The translations under genes and the position numbers were made by a program. From the NCBI GenBank assembly GCA_051294905.1, contig CM119372.1:33482001-33546000 (forward strand): a stretch of 64,000 bases of DNA, in the 5' to 3' direction. The notes below the pieces were generated by a model, which did no database searches, was not told where the DNA came from, and saw nothing but the letters and a program-made list of their open reading frames with translations. Below, one piece after another: positions 24,792-38,706 of this stretch. This DNA is from Botryllus schlosseri (taxonomy: Eukaryota). How positions within the stretch are numbered: the first letter of the stretch is position 1; every line of letters starts with the position of its first letter.

Positions 24792-27700
24792 CCGCTTACC
24801 CATTTTCTTTATTACAGTCCTTACAATATGTTGAGGGGGGCGCTAGAGCCCGATAATTTTTGAAAGGGGGCGCTGGAGGAAAAAAGGTTAAAAACCACTG
24901 CTCTCCAGCTTCCTTTAATCTGCGTCCATGGGAAAATGCCAAAATATGCCTGATTTAGGGTGGCCATACGTCCCGAATTTCCCGGACATGTCCGGAATTT
25001 CACTGTAAAAACTGCGTCCGGGAGGAAATTCTAAAATATGCTGAAATGTCCGGAATTTCGAAGGTTTGAAGTGAGGCCAAATTTTTTTTCGTAAATCAAC
25101 ATAAATTATATTATTTATTCCAGGACATGGTCACATTGAACTGACTAGAAACAAAATACCAATGGTAAACTGCCCATGTCCATTTCTGGTGAACTCCGGA
25201 CGAATCCACTTTTTCATATCGTCTTACTATACGCATCGAAATCGCTAAGTAGTGGTCATGTTATCCATAATGACTGGGACCGTCATGAATAGTCATAGTA
25301 TCACATATTACCAGCAAATATTTATTCTTTTTTCAACCAAAGTGATCAGATTCATCGGTCGAGTTGATTGAGGGAGTGCTTTCGAAAATTTAGAGCTTAT
25401 GATGCATCTTCGGGTGGGCAAATTGTTAGCATCATCATTTTAGGCAGTTTTGTTATTTCTTGACCTCCCATCACGATTGTCGGTATAGTGGAAAGATATT
25501 GGAATCTCCCAAACGTACCAGAAACAAATTTTTTTCGTGAGGAGCGCACGATTCCAAATTGTTATTTCGATATCGGGCGCATCATTTTCCTCCGCTGTTC
25601 GCATCTGTACTGTGGGGCTCAGATTGCAAAGGGCGTTAGGACTATATTAAAATCGAAAAATGAACTCGCATTGGATCGCACCTAGTGCGAAGAAAATTTC
25701 AAGAATAAATTAAATATCTAAAAAATTCTTGAGTCAATTCGCAAATTCGATTTTCATGTCGACGGCTGCCAACATATACTAATTGAATTGCGTGTCCACG
25801 GCCATGTAGATTTCCTTCTACGGCCGCAGGTTGGATACTCCTGTACTAGTGACGGTTTTGTTCGTTATTAAATATATTTCCGATGATATTCATTTGATTT
25901 TACTGTATTGAGTGCTGAGTCTAGGTAAAATTTACTTGATCAGATAAACATAGGCTAATTTCGCGCCGAAGGCCGTGAATTAACAGATCGCGCAAACTGG
26001 AATAAAATTCTTGTCTTTGACAATATCCAGAGATGAAGCGTTTCGGAGTAGGACCAAGCACCTTGTCAAGCTATCTTGCTCATTTCCTACTACTAGCATC
26101 TGTAGCCTACTGCGAGCACCATGCGCCTCACGACAACTCCTGATTACATCGATACCTGGCCATCCACAAAATTTATGAATCGAGAACGAATGATCGTACG
26201 GATGGTGCGGTTTAGCGAGTCGCTCACATGTCGCCACCGGAGACAGCTTGACTTTAAGTCAAATCGAACCGGTTTCCGGGCCTAATCTATAAGCACACGA
26301 ATTTCCGCATCAGTTTAGAATTTGACGTTCTATTTATTTTACCAATAGACAAACCTTCAACATCTTGCATCTTGAAATCAAGGTATAAAATCTTAATATA
26401 CCTCGCGGACCAGCAGAAAAGTCATCGCGGACCGGCGGTCGAGAATCACTGTTCTAGAGTGAAGTCTCGCATTTTTGAACTGGTAAATGAGAACCGCACA
26501 AGTCAACCTGATTTTTGTTAAATACTCACCATATAATGTTTTCATTTTATGTGAAAATTATGTTTAGTAGTTTCTTCCTTTAACATGCAGTTGAGGTACC
26601 CTTCCTTTTGTTAACCAATAATTTATAGTAATGTATTAGATATCCAGTTAGATAGGTTATAGTAGTGACATTTTTTATTGACTCGGCGAAAAATTGGGGT
26701 GCCGCGACAGGTTGCAGATTACCGTCAGTGTTTAGCGTATTAGTAATGGTTAAGAACCACTGCTTTATAATTTATGTTGATTTACGAAATAATTGCGGGC
26801 TCCCTTTGCGCTCGGGGGCTTGTAGCGCGGTAGTTTCGGTCATGCAGATGTATAACAAGTAGGCTACCAGTTGGCTACCTGTAGCTACCAGGCTTGGCTA
26901 AATATTTCTTTCAATTCCAGACCAGTTCGGCACAACTGGTTATAAGAACTATCCAAAACTCATATCCATAAAATGTAGCGTGTTTTCCGCGATTGAAAAT
27001 TCTTGCTGGCAGAAATAGTTTTAAACGTATGAGCTGAAAGTATCGGGCGCTCATGCTCATCGACGGGTAACAAAACCCACCGCTTAGTTTTCAATGGTGC
27101 GTCTCGGTGACCAGGTTTGTGCTCCCAACTCATTTCTTTTTATCCGCACTTGCAAGTGCGTGCCATGCCACAGGTTGAAAAACACTGATGCAGGGGGATG
27201 TTTTCATGAACTGTCAAGTTTTAGTTAATCGTCAACGTCGAGGAAGTTCTAAATTTCTTAATTTGTTCTAAATTTCTAAATTTGTTCGCTTTGGTGTGAT
27301 AGGATATCATCTTGACCTAAAATGGATTTCGTCCTATGTATCACGGGACAACGTTTTACTCAAATGTATTACTCGGTTTATATTAATCTATTCAGACAAG
27401 GCCTCAATTTCGCTCAAACCCAACACCGAAGTCACAGACACTTGATTGCCTTACGCGCACAATTCTTCACCAAGTTTCTTCATGAATAGGGGTGAAATTG
27501 TAACCAATGTCTGCACTATCCCAGATTCCGATGTCCGGTGGCCGCGGGACCTACGAAATTTTATATGCACAGCGAAGCTGGCAAACTCTTGTTACTCGAT
27601 AGTATATCATTCGCCATCAACCATCTTTGTGGATCTGGATTTTTGGAATTCGTTCATATCAAATCGAAGACGCATATTGACAAGACACCACCACGTACTC

Positions 27701-28253
27701 CAAAAAATACAGCTGCAAAATTCGCTTGGAAATAATAAAAGTTATGTTATTTTCATGATAGTCTTTTGTTGCCGTTTATATAGCCAGCCTACTGTTAATA
27801 TTTGCACGGACAGATGTAGGTTGCACGATAATTGAGCTAACTTTGAACTAAAACTTGACCGGGTCCGCGGGGATCCGTAACAGTCCAAAAGGGTCCGCGA
27901 AGACAAAAAGTTCAGGAACCCCTGGTCTACTATTTGTGAAACCGACATCAAATATCTAAATTCCATCCACTTCTCAAACATCATACATGTATAATGTATA
28001 TATACTAATCTATAGTAGTATGGTACACAAAATAGCACACCGATCCGGATTGCGTAGAAAAAAATTACACCAACGATCACAATTTCACTATAGATTAATT
28101 GACCAGACGTAGCATACATAGAGCTGCATACTGTATTCACTAATTAGCGTAGGGTATAGCATACGTCTGTTTATTTTCCAGTTTAACTGGCACGAAAGTA
28201 ACGTGCGGTTGCATATCTCAAAAGTTCGTTGGCACAAGGTATGTAGCGTACAT

Positions 28254-28255
<2 letters not shown>

Positions 28256-28287
<32 letters not shown>
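28256..28287. repeat. (AT)n microsatellite
   Basis: Uninterrupted run of about 16 AT dinucleotides. Confidence 0.95.
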
Positions 28288-28289
<2 letters not shown>

Positions 28290-28447
28290 ATATAGAATCA
28301 TATCTGTCCACCGACATCTTTTTTACTTCCCGAAAACCGAGATCATATCATGAGCGAGCTGAATCATAGGCCTAATAATAAAAAATTACAACCAACACAA
28401 TAGCATCAATCTTTCGGTACTGCAACTTCTATGAATGGGACAGTGGT

Positions 28448-29458
28448 TTAACATGATTCTTTCACGGTATCGTCCATAGATGCGCCGGCGTGCTGCGATC
28501 CTCCTGGTGGCGATGGCATTACGCTGGCCATGATCGGTGCTAATACTGAATTAGTAACTATCCCGACTCCCCCAGCCGTTTTCCACATTTCCTTTTGAGT
28601 GAATTCGGTCAGATGCATTATAGCGTCGCCAAGATACTGGCTTTCTTCTCGCATGGGATTAAAAAATGAATGATTCAGCGCTTCTGCGGCGGTGATGCGA
28701 CTGTCTTGATCTTCATTCAAAAGCTGTTTTATCAAGTCCTTCGAAGACTCCGAAACGCGATCCCAATAAAGTGAAGGGAAGGAAGCACCAGACGGGTGCG
28801 TTCCGCTGAGCAAATTGTAAAGTACGCACCCACACGCCCATAAGTCGATCGGCGTGCCATACTTGAGACCTTGGACCATCTCCGGCGCTTTATATTTACG
28901 CGTACCGAGGTCTCCGAGTTTTCGCCTGGCTTTGCCCTTTGTCTCGACCGCCAAACCGAAGTCCACTAGCTTCACAACTTCTCTTTTGTCTTCGATAGTC
29001 AACGAGAGATTGGGAGGCTTCACGTCACGGTGTATGATATTTTTAGTGTGGCAGTATTGTAGTCCGGTGAATATGTCTCTCATATAACGCATCACGTTGC
29101 TTTCGCAATGAGAAGTACGCTGTCTTTTGATGACATACTGGTAGAGATCGCCACCATTCAATAGCTCGAACACCAGTCGATAATCCTTCGCGTCCGAAAA
29201 GCTGCCGTAGAACTTCACAATGTTACGATGGTCAAGTTTCTTGATAATATGCTTCTCTTCGGACAATATCTCGACTTCCGGTCGCTGCATACCTTCTTTA
29301 CTGATGATCTTAACGGCGTATTCTCTCGCCGACTCTCTATGAATGCATTTCTTAACTATTGCGCAGGCTCCGGTGCCGAGAACTTCTTCCTCTTCGTACA
29401 AGTCATCGAACCCCAACCTTCTGCCAGGGCACACGAAGGCACCACATGAAAAGTCCAT
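28448..29458 (-). CDS. Intronless CaMK-group (CaMKII/CASK-like) Ser/Thr protein kinase, 336 aa from the first ATG
   Basis: Gly loop LGTGACAIV, YAVK, HRDVKPPN, DFG, APE, DLWACG, RITAAEALNH; single uninterrupted ORF. Confidence 0.88.
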   Translation of the reverse strand: MDFSCGAFVCPGRRLGFDDLYEEEEVLGTGACAIVKKCIHRESAREYAVKIISKEGMQRPEVEILSEEKHIIKKLDHRNIVKFYGSFSDAKDYRLVFELLNGGDLYQYVIKRQRTSHCESNVMRYMRDIFTGLQYCHTKNIIHRDVKPPNLSLTIEDKREVVKLVDFGLAVETKGKARRKLGDLGTRKYKAPEMVQGLKYGTPIDLWACGCVLYNLLSGTHPSGASFPSLYWDRVSESSKDLIKQLLNEDQDSRITAAEALNHSFFNPMREESQYLGDAIMHLTEFTQKEMWKTAGGVGIVTNSVLAPIMASVMPSPPGGSQHAGASMDDTVKESC

Positions 29459-30535
29459 CTTCACTGCAAACCGTACTGGTAAGACTGCTCAGACAGTGTC
29501 CCCGACAGTAAAGCTCTTTTTCCAGATGAACAACGGCAGTACTAAGCTTCGCGCTAGCATGGGGTGATAAAAACATTGCTTACATTGTAATTTCCCGGGC
29601 GACACGTTTAGTACGATTGACTTCTAATTACTCTTTCGCACCGCAGAGCACCCAACTCAGACTTCTTGTGCGGCTGACTTTGAAAAGGCTTTAGCAACTA
29701 CAGTATGGTTTAAGAATAAGACGGTATAGTAAGAATTTATATAGCAATAGTCGCTCATTTTATTTCAGCGAACCTGAGAATCTCAACCAACTTCTATAGT
29801 CAATGGGAACGATTAGAGAAGGGCAAATTATATATTATGTAACTGAATCAATGCCGAATCTAATACTAGGCTTAAAGTCGAGAATTCGATTGCCACACAT
29901 TATGACGTCATACATGATAAGAGCAAATAACCAAGTTTAGGTTTGTACCTTTCAGAAAGTCTGAATGAAAATATTGACAGTGACACTCACTCAAATCCAT
30001 ATGTCAATATCTATTCATTATTTAGCCGCATGCTGCATGTCTTCTCTACTGTTACGAATTCAGTATAGATGTCATAGTTTCGACAGTGGGATGAAAGTGT
30101 CGAAATAATAATTCCTGTCTATTAAATAGTTCTTCATCACACACTTTGGCAGAAGAATAAAATTACACTCTGCGACCAGAATCACTACAATCTGTAATCA
30201 TCTCGATTTCGATTACTCGGATCGTTTTGCTTAGATCACAGCCAAAGAAATTACTTTCCATAGTGATGACGCACGCTAAATTCCTCTGATCTAACCCACC
30301 ATTTCCCGCATGTCCAACCGAACAAACAAGCGCGACGGCTAATTTCAAAAGCCGTGTCGTCATTATTTCTATTCGATTTGTAGGGCTACTGCTATCCTAG
30401 ACGACGATAGAGTCGATGACAATGCATTGACGTGCTTTGCACAGTAATAAACAGAGCAGGGGGACTTTTCATGCGTATAATTGGAGTAATTCCTCAAATA
30501 GGCGATCAATAATTGACTGTTCCCACGCACTAGAT

Positions 30536-31776
30536 CAGGGGTTCTCAGCCCTTTCTTGGCCGTGGCCCATTTTTCGATTCAAAAATGTGGTGTGGCCCAC
30601 CTGATATCTTGGAGTCATAATCCTGTTCAATGCGTGGTGATCGACTGCACCGATATGCCTATTTCTCTCTAAACTATGCGCATTTTCCTTTTAATGTACT
30701 GCTGATATTTAAATGTAGACCGTTCGGCCCATTCAACGAAAATTTTCATGTCGAATAAATATCCTCCAACAAATGACCAACGAAATAATCATCTTGGACC
30801 CTCCGAGGTCCCGCAATCGGGGGTATGGGTGCAGCAGTTACTGCCTTGGTAGATCATTAGGCTGAAACTCTTGTGTATATTATGATCGTCCGCCTGCTCC
30901 ATTTGCATCGCAAAACACAATGATCAAATCCACGCATTCACTATGTGATTGGGATTTTAGTTCCACCTTTGTGGGGAATAATATAATCATTCTGAGTGAG
31001 ATTCCAACAATTCATTGGTGAATGGGGTACTACAGAGAAGTGGAGAAAGATTTTTCAATATGCATGCAATAACACATCTTGTACCAAACCAACTGAAGTT
31101 GCGATGTCAGAATATTCAATCCAATGATACTATAAATTCACGTGACTCTTACATTATGTACAATGATAGCAGGGCGGACATTTTAAACCGACTCCAAATA
31201 TTAATGAGCTCCGATAAATCTTCAATCCATTACGATTCGTTGCGGTGGTGCGGTATAACTCCACCAGAATTTGCTAATAATTTGCAGTCATGGCTATTTT
31301 TATCCTACAATAATACGACTTGCCTTAGTAGCCTACTGTAAATCTATTGATCAATTACTCTTCATTCCGAGTTTATTGCACACCCCTTTCAACGGCGTAC
31401 GACATATGCCGCCCTGCCCCTGCCGGATTACTTGGTTACTTCAGCATTACCTTCCAGTTAAAATATACTCGAAATTATTTTAGTTGCTGTTAGCTGTAGG
31501 TTGCCAGAGTCAGTGGAAAAGCCGCCGTTTCTCCCTACCGTTTTGGACATGTACATGCAGACTCCATACGTATGCCACTACTTCTCATAAGAGTCGGGTG
31601 AAAAACTTTACGCAGCCTACGTTTAATTCGATAACATGAATAACTTTTTAGCGATTAACATAACAAATATAACTAAACTAACAGTAATTCTAAAATTTTC
31701 GAAATAGCTTTGTGGCCCACCTCAAATGCTCCTGTGGCCCACCAGTGGGCCATGGCCCACCCATTGAGAACCCCTG
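30536..31776. mobile_element. hAT-type MITE
   Basis: Ends CAGGGGTTCTCA / TGAGAACCCCTG; GTGGCCCA subterminal repeats; TSD degraded. Confidence 0.65.
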
Positions 31777-32615
31777 CTATAGACACCTTGTATATATTAA
31801 CTTGTCAAAGTCCGTTATCAATCTGCGCATGCAACTCACGGCACAGTGCGAGAGATTGGGAAGGGCCATTAAGGTTTCTTGAGAGGGGTGGGACAATATG
31901 TATGGTCAGATGTCATGTGACACTCCTAAGTTTTTGAGTCACTACAGTAAGAGTTGGTCTACCTGAACCACTTACGCATGCGGTTATTTTTAGACTGCAT
32001 CTGTTTCTACTTGAACAGATTTTGAACAACACGACTTATTTTTCACAAAAATACTTTCATTGTTTTGTCTGGATATTGTATCACTTTCGTGTGTAAACTT
32101 GTCCTACTAAGCGGGCGAAGATGCCGATGTATTGCGGCACTGAAGACAAGTTAAGAGATCGGACCCTCTTTCAAAACTTTATTTACCATCTTTTGCAAGA
32201 AGATGCACTCTGCGATTTCCAAAGTAGCTACGTCCGACCCACCGGTAACAACAGGCATCCCCCCGACCGAGTATACGTTTTGAACTATTGTCTTGGATAC
32301 TTTTTCGCATTCATTATATACTTCCAATCGAAATAGTTTTGACATGTCTTGGACATCCCTCTTACTACTTTCTGTTGTGCAGAATTTCATGGCGATTCTT
32401 CTACTTTTACTTGGTTCAAAAGCCAGACTGCTGCGACATATGTCTTACACCTTCATGCGCATGCCACATTGCATACTGAAAAACATAGCCTACAAGCATT
32501 TAATTTACAGTGCCAGCAAAATATCTTTACATTCAGTGGGCAAGAAATACCTTTAAAATGAAAATGTGCATAAGTTCGTAGCTTATTTTTCCCGCCAGAA
32601 GCATCGCGTTACCAC

Positions 32616-34669
32616 CAGGGCTGTGCAGTCGGTCAATTTTACTACCGACTCCGGCTCCGACTCCGACTCCACACAGTTTCAATATACCGACTCCGACTCC
32701 TGAGTCTATAAACGTACCGACTCCGACTCCGACTCCTAGGTCTTTAAACGTACCGACTCTGACTCCGACTCCGACTCCCGACTCCGACTCCAGCATTATT
32801 ACCAATTTACTTCGAAAATTATATGCCACATTGTCGGTTGAATGACTATCATACAACCATTAAACATATGCAAACATATGATTAACGGTGGCATGCTAAA
32901 TTGTTCCACTATGGCACAGCTCGAATTATCCACTATGCAATTAACATGAAAGAAAGACTTGCTCAATATCCTTGATTGTTCAAGTTTTTATAACATGGAC
33001 TCTCTAATATCATGAAATGTATGAATCATTCAAATATGGCAAATATCCAATCCTGTACAATAAAAATGTAGATAAAAATCCTAGTGTAGCTCTTGTGTAT
33101 GAGTCAGCAACTAATAAATAGATTGAACTTACTAATTTTGTCATTGCACACTATACTGATTACAAGCACACACCTCTTATTACTAATAGACATTGGTCAT
33201 AAATGGAATTTAGTTAAGTAGTAAAAGACCATAGCCTAAGTCTAGTCTACATGTACTTAATCAAGTATTCAAGGATTGGGACTTGCAGTCTTTCTTAATC
33301 ATTTGTTCGACCCAAACAGCTAAGCTACACTACAAATATTTTTAATTTTGTCAAGTGGGACGCATCGTTTGGTCATATTTACATCATTTTTACAATTTAA
33401 AAAAACCAGCCGATGAATTTGCAGCTGTCACAGTATTATGGTATAATTCCAAAAATTGCATCAATTTTGACTGCATCGCGAAAACGCATATTGCGATTTC
33501 TTCCGCTGTGCAACTGAGTTGTAATTTGCAAGTAATGTCTAATTTTATCTATATCAGGGGTGGGCAACTTTTTCGGCCAAAGGGACACATGAAATTTACG
33601 AGCCATTGCGCGGGCAACTGGAATGTTGATAACCTTTTTTTTAGTCGTGCGATAGGAGCGAACCGAATTGCAAACAAGACTTATATTAATCTGCTCTAAA
33701 ACTGATAACTATATGTCATGCAACTGTGCAGTGTGCAATCGGTCCCTGTTCGCGCGAAGCGCGAAATATTTTTGCAAGATAATGACTGAATTATATCAAT
33801 GAATATGTTGCTAACATATATTGGGGGTCGCATCTGTATACCACTGGGCTCATTTGGCAAGGACAGGATTATTCAACGTTTAGACATAGCAAAATCGACG
33901 GTATCAGTGAACATGCCTCTATCATTTTGTGCAGATGTTTTGTCGACGATCTCGCTGCGAGTGCACTAGCGAAGCCGCATGTTGGACGACACGTTATCTC
34001 CTAATTACGAATATAGATAGACTCAATTCTGTGAATATTATGTATTTATAATTTTCAGAAGGGGGCTCAAATACTGAATGCAAGAAATCTAGTGACAATG
34101 GATCATGTGAAGTACCGAGAAAAATTTCAAGTCAAATAAATCTGCTATGAATTATTATACCTTATGGTCATATACGAAGATCTGGGATAAATGTGGCTGG
34201 CCTCTGGATACGTCAATGCGTGAGAACTGTTGTTTTAGTCATCATCAAATTTCGCGGTCATGCTAATCAAATTTTGGTTGGCCTTGCAATTTTACCTGAT
34301 ATCATAAATAATTCCGAGAATTTCTTCGCAGGCCACACCTAACCTTCTCGTGTGCCAAATTTGGCCTGCGTGCCACGGGCTGGCCACACCTGATCTGTAG
34401 GCCTGTGGTTATTAATAACAGTGATTGGTGGTACATAAAAATTCTATTGAAAAATTCTTTCAAAGCAAATGTTTTCATGATAAAGAAGTTGGAGACGGAG
34501 TCGGAGTCGAAGTCAGGGTCATTCTTACAAATTCCGACTCCGACTCCAGTCAGTATTTTCCCCACGACTCCGACTCCGAATCCAGCTATTATAGTTTTCA
34601 CAACTCCGACTCCATCAAGCAGAAATTACCCAGACTCCCGACTCCGACTCACCCGAGTCCACAGCCCTG
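32616..34669. mobile_element. hAT MITE with (CCGACT)n subterminal arrays
   Basis: TIRs CAGGGCTGTG / CACAGCCCTG; perfect TSD GTTACCAC. Confidence 0.9.
33555..34392. mobile_element. hAT MITE nested in 32616-34669
   Basis: Ends CAGGGGTGGGCAA / TGGCCACACCTG; flanks ATCTATAT / ATCTGTAG (6/8). Confidence 0.65.
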
Positions 34670-36056
34670 GTTACCACAACGTTTACAAGATGTTTTTCTC
34701 ACAATTGCATATTCTTTCGAACTTTTTAGCTTCAGAATGGATTTTGAAAGCCGTCGACATTTTTTGGAAAGGAACAATATCGTGCGATTTCAGAAGCCTT
34801 ATTATCTCGGAAGATGTAACGCAGCAGAAGGCATGCAGAGCAATGGCCTTGCAAGAAAGTGCAGCAAAATCTACAACCACTCTGGTGACGCGAATCTTCT
34901 GACTTAAATGTGTAAGTTGGGAAGCACGTGGAGCAGTTGGCTAAGCCGCCATCACCACGACACCAATGGAAATGGAAATGGAACAACAGTTCCGCCTATC
35001 TCTTATGTGTTGGGGGTTTATCTGGGCTCCTCATCGCTAACCGCACTGCCATTTCAGTGCAGTCCACATTGACAGTGAGCCGAGACAAAAATTCGGCAGT
35101 AAGGACGGGCGCATGAAAATCGAGAGCGACTAATGCTGAAAGAGTGCGAAAGTAGTCCGGAAGATTACGAAAACCGAATATAATGACCAATACAGATGTT
35201 ACAGTCGTGGCGCACATGGCCTCAATAGCCGGCAGGTGCCACTGCCGTGCAAAATAAATAAACAAGTGAAGTTTTTTGTCGACTGGATGTAAAGAATTTT
35301 TGTCATCACTGTACAACACATGAGGAAGCATTTATACATGCATCATCCCTCTTAGGAACAAATCATAATTGATAGCGAACAAATCTGCTGCAACAAACGC
35401 TTAAAAATGACATCAATCCACATGCAATTGCATGCGAGTACACTAGTATAGCGAGTATAATACATCCACATCTTTTCTATTATATTACAGTGACAACTCA
35501 ATATGTTTCGAGAATATACTATCTAAGTGTCTATGCTTTGTCTCAAACTGTCGGGATGGGATTGAATGTGTTTTTTGACGGAGCTGATTGATGGATGCGG
35601 TATGAGAGCAGGCGTCTTTACAATTGGAGAATTATGACTTTTTTTCTACTTCTCCCGAATTATTAAAATCAGCACTTGGATCGCTGGACCCTGCGCTACT
35701 ACGGAGTTCAATAAATTGAACCTGGTCTGAGAAAATGATTCTGTAACAAAATGTGACTTATTCACTCACATTCATGATAATATCGAATACCCTCTCCCGA
35801 TCGCAGTAAGGACAATAGCCCAAGAGCACGTCAAACTGCTAGAATTAAGGCACCAACAACGTTTCTAATATTTGCTCTAATATCCGAAACCGGAAATCTC
35901 AAAGAATTTTCATGTCGAACACGAGCTATTCATGAATATATTCGGCAATGCGATTCATTCATCAATTCAAAGACGCAACGTCCGCCAATTACGGTCTGTC
36001 AAAGATTTCAGCATATGCCGAATTCGCTCCCCTGTGACCAATTGAAGTCTTATCTT

Positions 36057-37068
36057 TCAAAATCGCGATCGTATGAAGTCGTATTTCTGGGTCGCTTGAC
36101 AGGCGATCGTATCCCGAGCTGCAGATACTTTCTTTGGTATCAAGCACCGGCTCGCGTTGGGTTTACCTGGAACATCGCCGGAGTCATCACCACCAGCCAC
36201 CGTTTTCCAGATTTTCTTTTCTGTGAATTCTATCAATCTTGTGACTGCGGCGGTGAGAGGGATGCATTGAGCAACACACTTGTTGCGTGTTAGAAATGAA
36301 TGACGCAGCGCCTGCGCAGCGGTATAGCGTAGTTCCTGTTTGGAAATTAACAGTTTCCCGACCAAGTCTTCCGCCGGTTTTGAGATGACGTCCTAAGCAG
36401 GCTCGGGGAACGAAAACGTATCACTGGTTGCATTATTGTACGGATCGCAACCGTATAGCAGATTGAAAAGGATGCATCCGCATGCAAACAAGTCAACTGG
36501 TGTTCCGTAACTATCGCCACGTCTCACTTCCGGCGCGATGTAACCAGGCACGCCGCATGATCCGTGCCAGAGTCGATCTCCTCCATTCGTGTTGACCGCC
36601 GAACCAAAGTCAATAAGTTTCACCACAGCTCCGGTGCCAGGAATATAATTAACACGCAGATTCGGAGGCTGCAAGTCTCTGTGAATGATATTCCTTTTGT
36701 GGCAATACTCCAGTCCTCGTAAGATAACGCGCATATACGCGCATCACATCCCATTCCCAGTGAAAATCATGTTGACCCCTAATAACATATTGGTAGAGTT
36801 CGCGTCTATCCAATAGTTCAAACACCAAAATAACTCTTCTCGGATCCGGAATACGTGCGTAAAATTTTACAACGTTTCGGTGATTGAGTGTTTCCAGTAC
36901 ACTTTCTTCAGTGGATTTTCGCTGAGATTCATTCGTCGGCGCTTCACGGGAAGGAATTATCTTAACGGCATACTCCTTTGCAAAACCTCTGCCAGTGAAC
37001 CTCTTGACGGTCGAAGAAGTGCCACGACCGAGCTCTTCACACTCTTCATTCAACCCAACTCCGTCCAC
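36057..37068 (-). pseudogene. Pseudogenised paralogue of the 28448-29458 kinase
   Basis: The three ORF pieces form one kinase: a +1 insertion near 36738 (ATG CGC G TAT ATG) and a TAG at 36393-36395 where the paralogue has Trp. Motifs EYAVK, HRDLQPPN, DFG, APE. Confidence 0.85.
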
Positions 37069-37502
37069 ATTGGCTCTTGATACACCTCACTGCGTCGTCC
37101 TTATGTTCTGAAATGTCCTGTTGACTCATCTACGAACCGACTAGACTAAATCCTATCTTGTGGCTGCGGTGCGTACTAATGATTGAACGCCGCCCAATTT
37201 CCGCGTCTGATAGATTGTTCAAAGTCAAACTCCACAATTGTTCACTGGAGCAGCAGTTGGCTCGTCGATTTTAGAATGTGGGTCGGCCATTCAATAGCAA
37301 CGACAAACTTTTCGTTTCGAAAGTATTTCATAGCCCGCCTTATAATATTGAAGCTTATGTTTTCATTGCAACGTAATAAAAAGTTATGTCTTTTTATGAA
37401 ACAGGATATATGACAAATGAACTTACGAATATTTCATAACTTGGTGAGGAATTCAATGGTTTCTGTTGGGGAATAGAAGCATTTGGTAAACATCATATAC
37501 AG

Positions 37503-38706
37503 CAGAGGTTTCAAACTCAAATGTGCTCGCGGGCCAGTTTTCCGGTTTTGACGACGCCGCGGGCCGCAGCATTTATAGGGGTATTCTATGTCTTTCCAAG
37601 TAGGCCTTATTTTGCGGGAATGAATTGTCCTATTGAAAGTGAGCCGATCCAACATACTGACAGTGAACACACATCGTCAAAATGTGATATACTCTTGTAT
37701 CAATTTAGGCCTGGCAAGAATAGAATCATCACATTTATAACTATTTGAATAGAATTGTTGTTGTACTTGATATATATTAATTATAAGATATAGACACCAT
37801 ATGGCGGACAAATGTATGATACCCGCATAAAAGCTATCGGGTTATTAATTTTAAGCTACTATGAATATTTTGAATTTAACAGATTGATAATAGAGACTGA
37901 TCTGATATCAAAACATTTTTAAGTTCAGCATTGTAATTCCAATCCATGATTCGGGTATACTTCTGATAAGTAGGCTATTAATCTCATGGCCATATATCTT
38001 CAAATATACGAGCAGAAAAAAATATAAATAATATAAATATATTAATGAATGTGTCCTAGTGATTGAAATGTCGGAACGTCGAACGGCCCATTGCTGTTAC
38101 ATCGTTGGAGCGTTCCATTACGGTACTCGATACCTTTAAGTGGCCTTAATAACATGATTTTGCGACCAAAGATGTAACTAACACATTGCCTATGGTTGCC
38201 ATAACAACTAGCTCAGTTAACGAAATACCAAGCTGCAACCTTCTGATCTATTTCTCCTCTGATACGCGATTAGTTTGTTGCGTCCATGGTTCTAACAAAT
38301 TCACGGCATTCCGAGTCACTCCCAAGTCCACTCGAGTCGTTTCCATTTTGCCATGGAGTTAGCCCGAGTCTGAGTAATTTAAAAAAGGTCGCGTCTAAGT
38401 CCAGCTCACAAATTTCAATCACGAATCGTCTAAAAGTCACGATTTGTCATCATGAATTGGAAATGAGGTGAAATAGTGAATGTTCCACTGCATGATAGCG
38501 TTTGCAATTGATGTGATAGTGAAGTTTGATGAATAGTTTGAGGCTTTCGGAGCAATTTAAGAGTGCATTTTCACTTTATTACCTGAAAAGATATATGTGA
38601 CACTTATATATTGTCAAATTAATAAAAATCTAAAATGTCGTCGCGGGCCGCACAAAATGCTCGGCGGGCTGCATGCGGCCCGCGGGCCGCGTGTTTGAGA
38701 CCTCTG
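37503..38706. mobile_element. hAT (Charlie-like) MITE
   Basis: Ends CAGAGGTTTCAAAC / GTTTGAGACCTCTG; flanks ATATACAG / ATATTCAG (7/8); GCGGGCC repeats. Confidence 0.8.

Larger units (their letters stand above)
8419..24900. mobile_element. Outer hAT MITE (~1 kb core) inflated to 16.5 kb by nested insertions
   Basis: Left end CAGTGGTTCTTAACCT, right end AGGTTAAAAACCACTG; both have GGGGGCGC subterminal motifs; flanks CTCTACAG (8411-8418) / CTCTCCAG (24901-24908), 7/8. Confidence 0.6.

Noticed and set aside
29736..29910. TATA box (TATATAAA, minus strand) and CRE (TGACGTCA) upstream of the kinase
   Set aside because: Short motifs that are common in this AT-rich window; no transcript evidence.
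32533..34907. ORFs rich in GVGVGV / PTPTPT / DSDSDS
   Set aside because: They are translations of the (CCGACT)n MITE arrays.
32100..35330. Possible decayed host gene flanking the 32616-34669 MITE
   Set aside because: Joining the flanks gave no continuous frame or recognisable motif.
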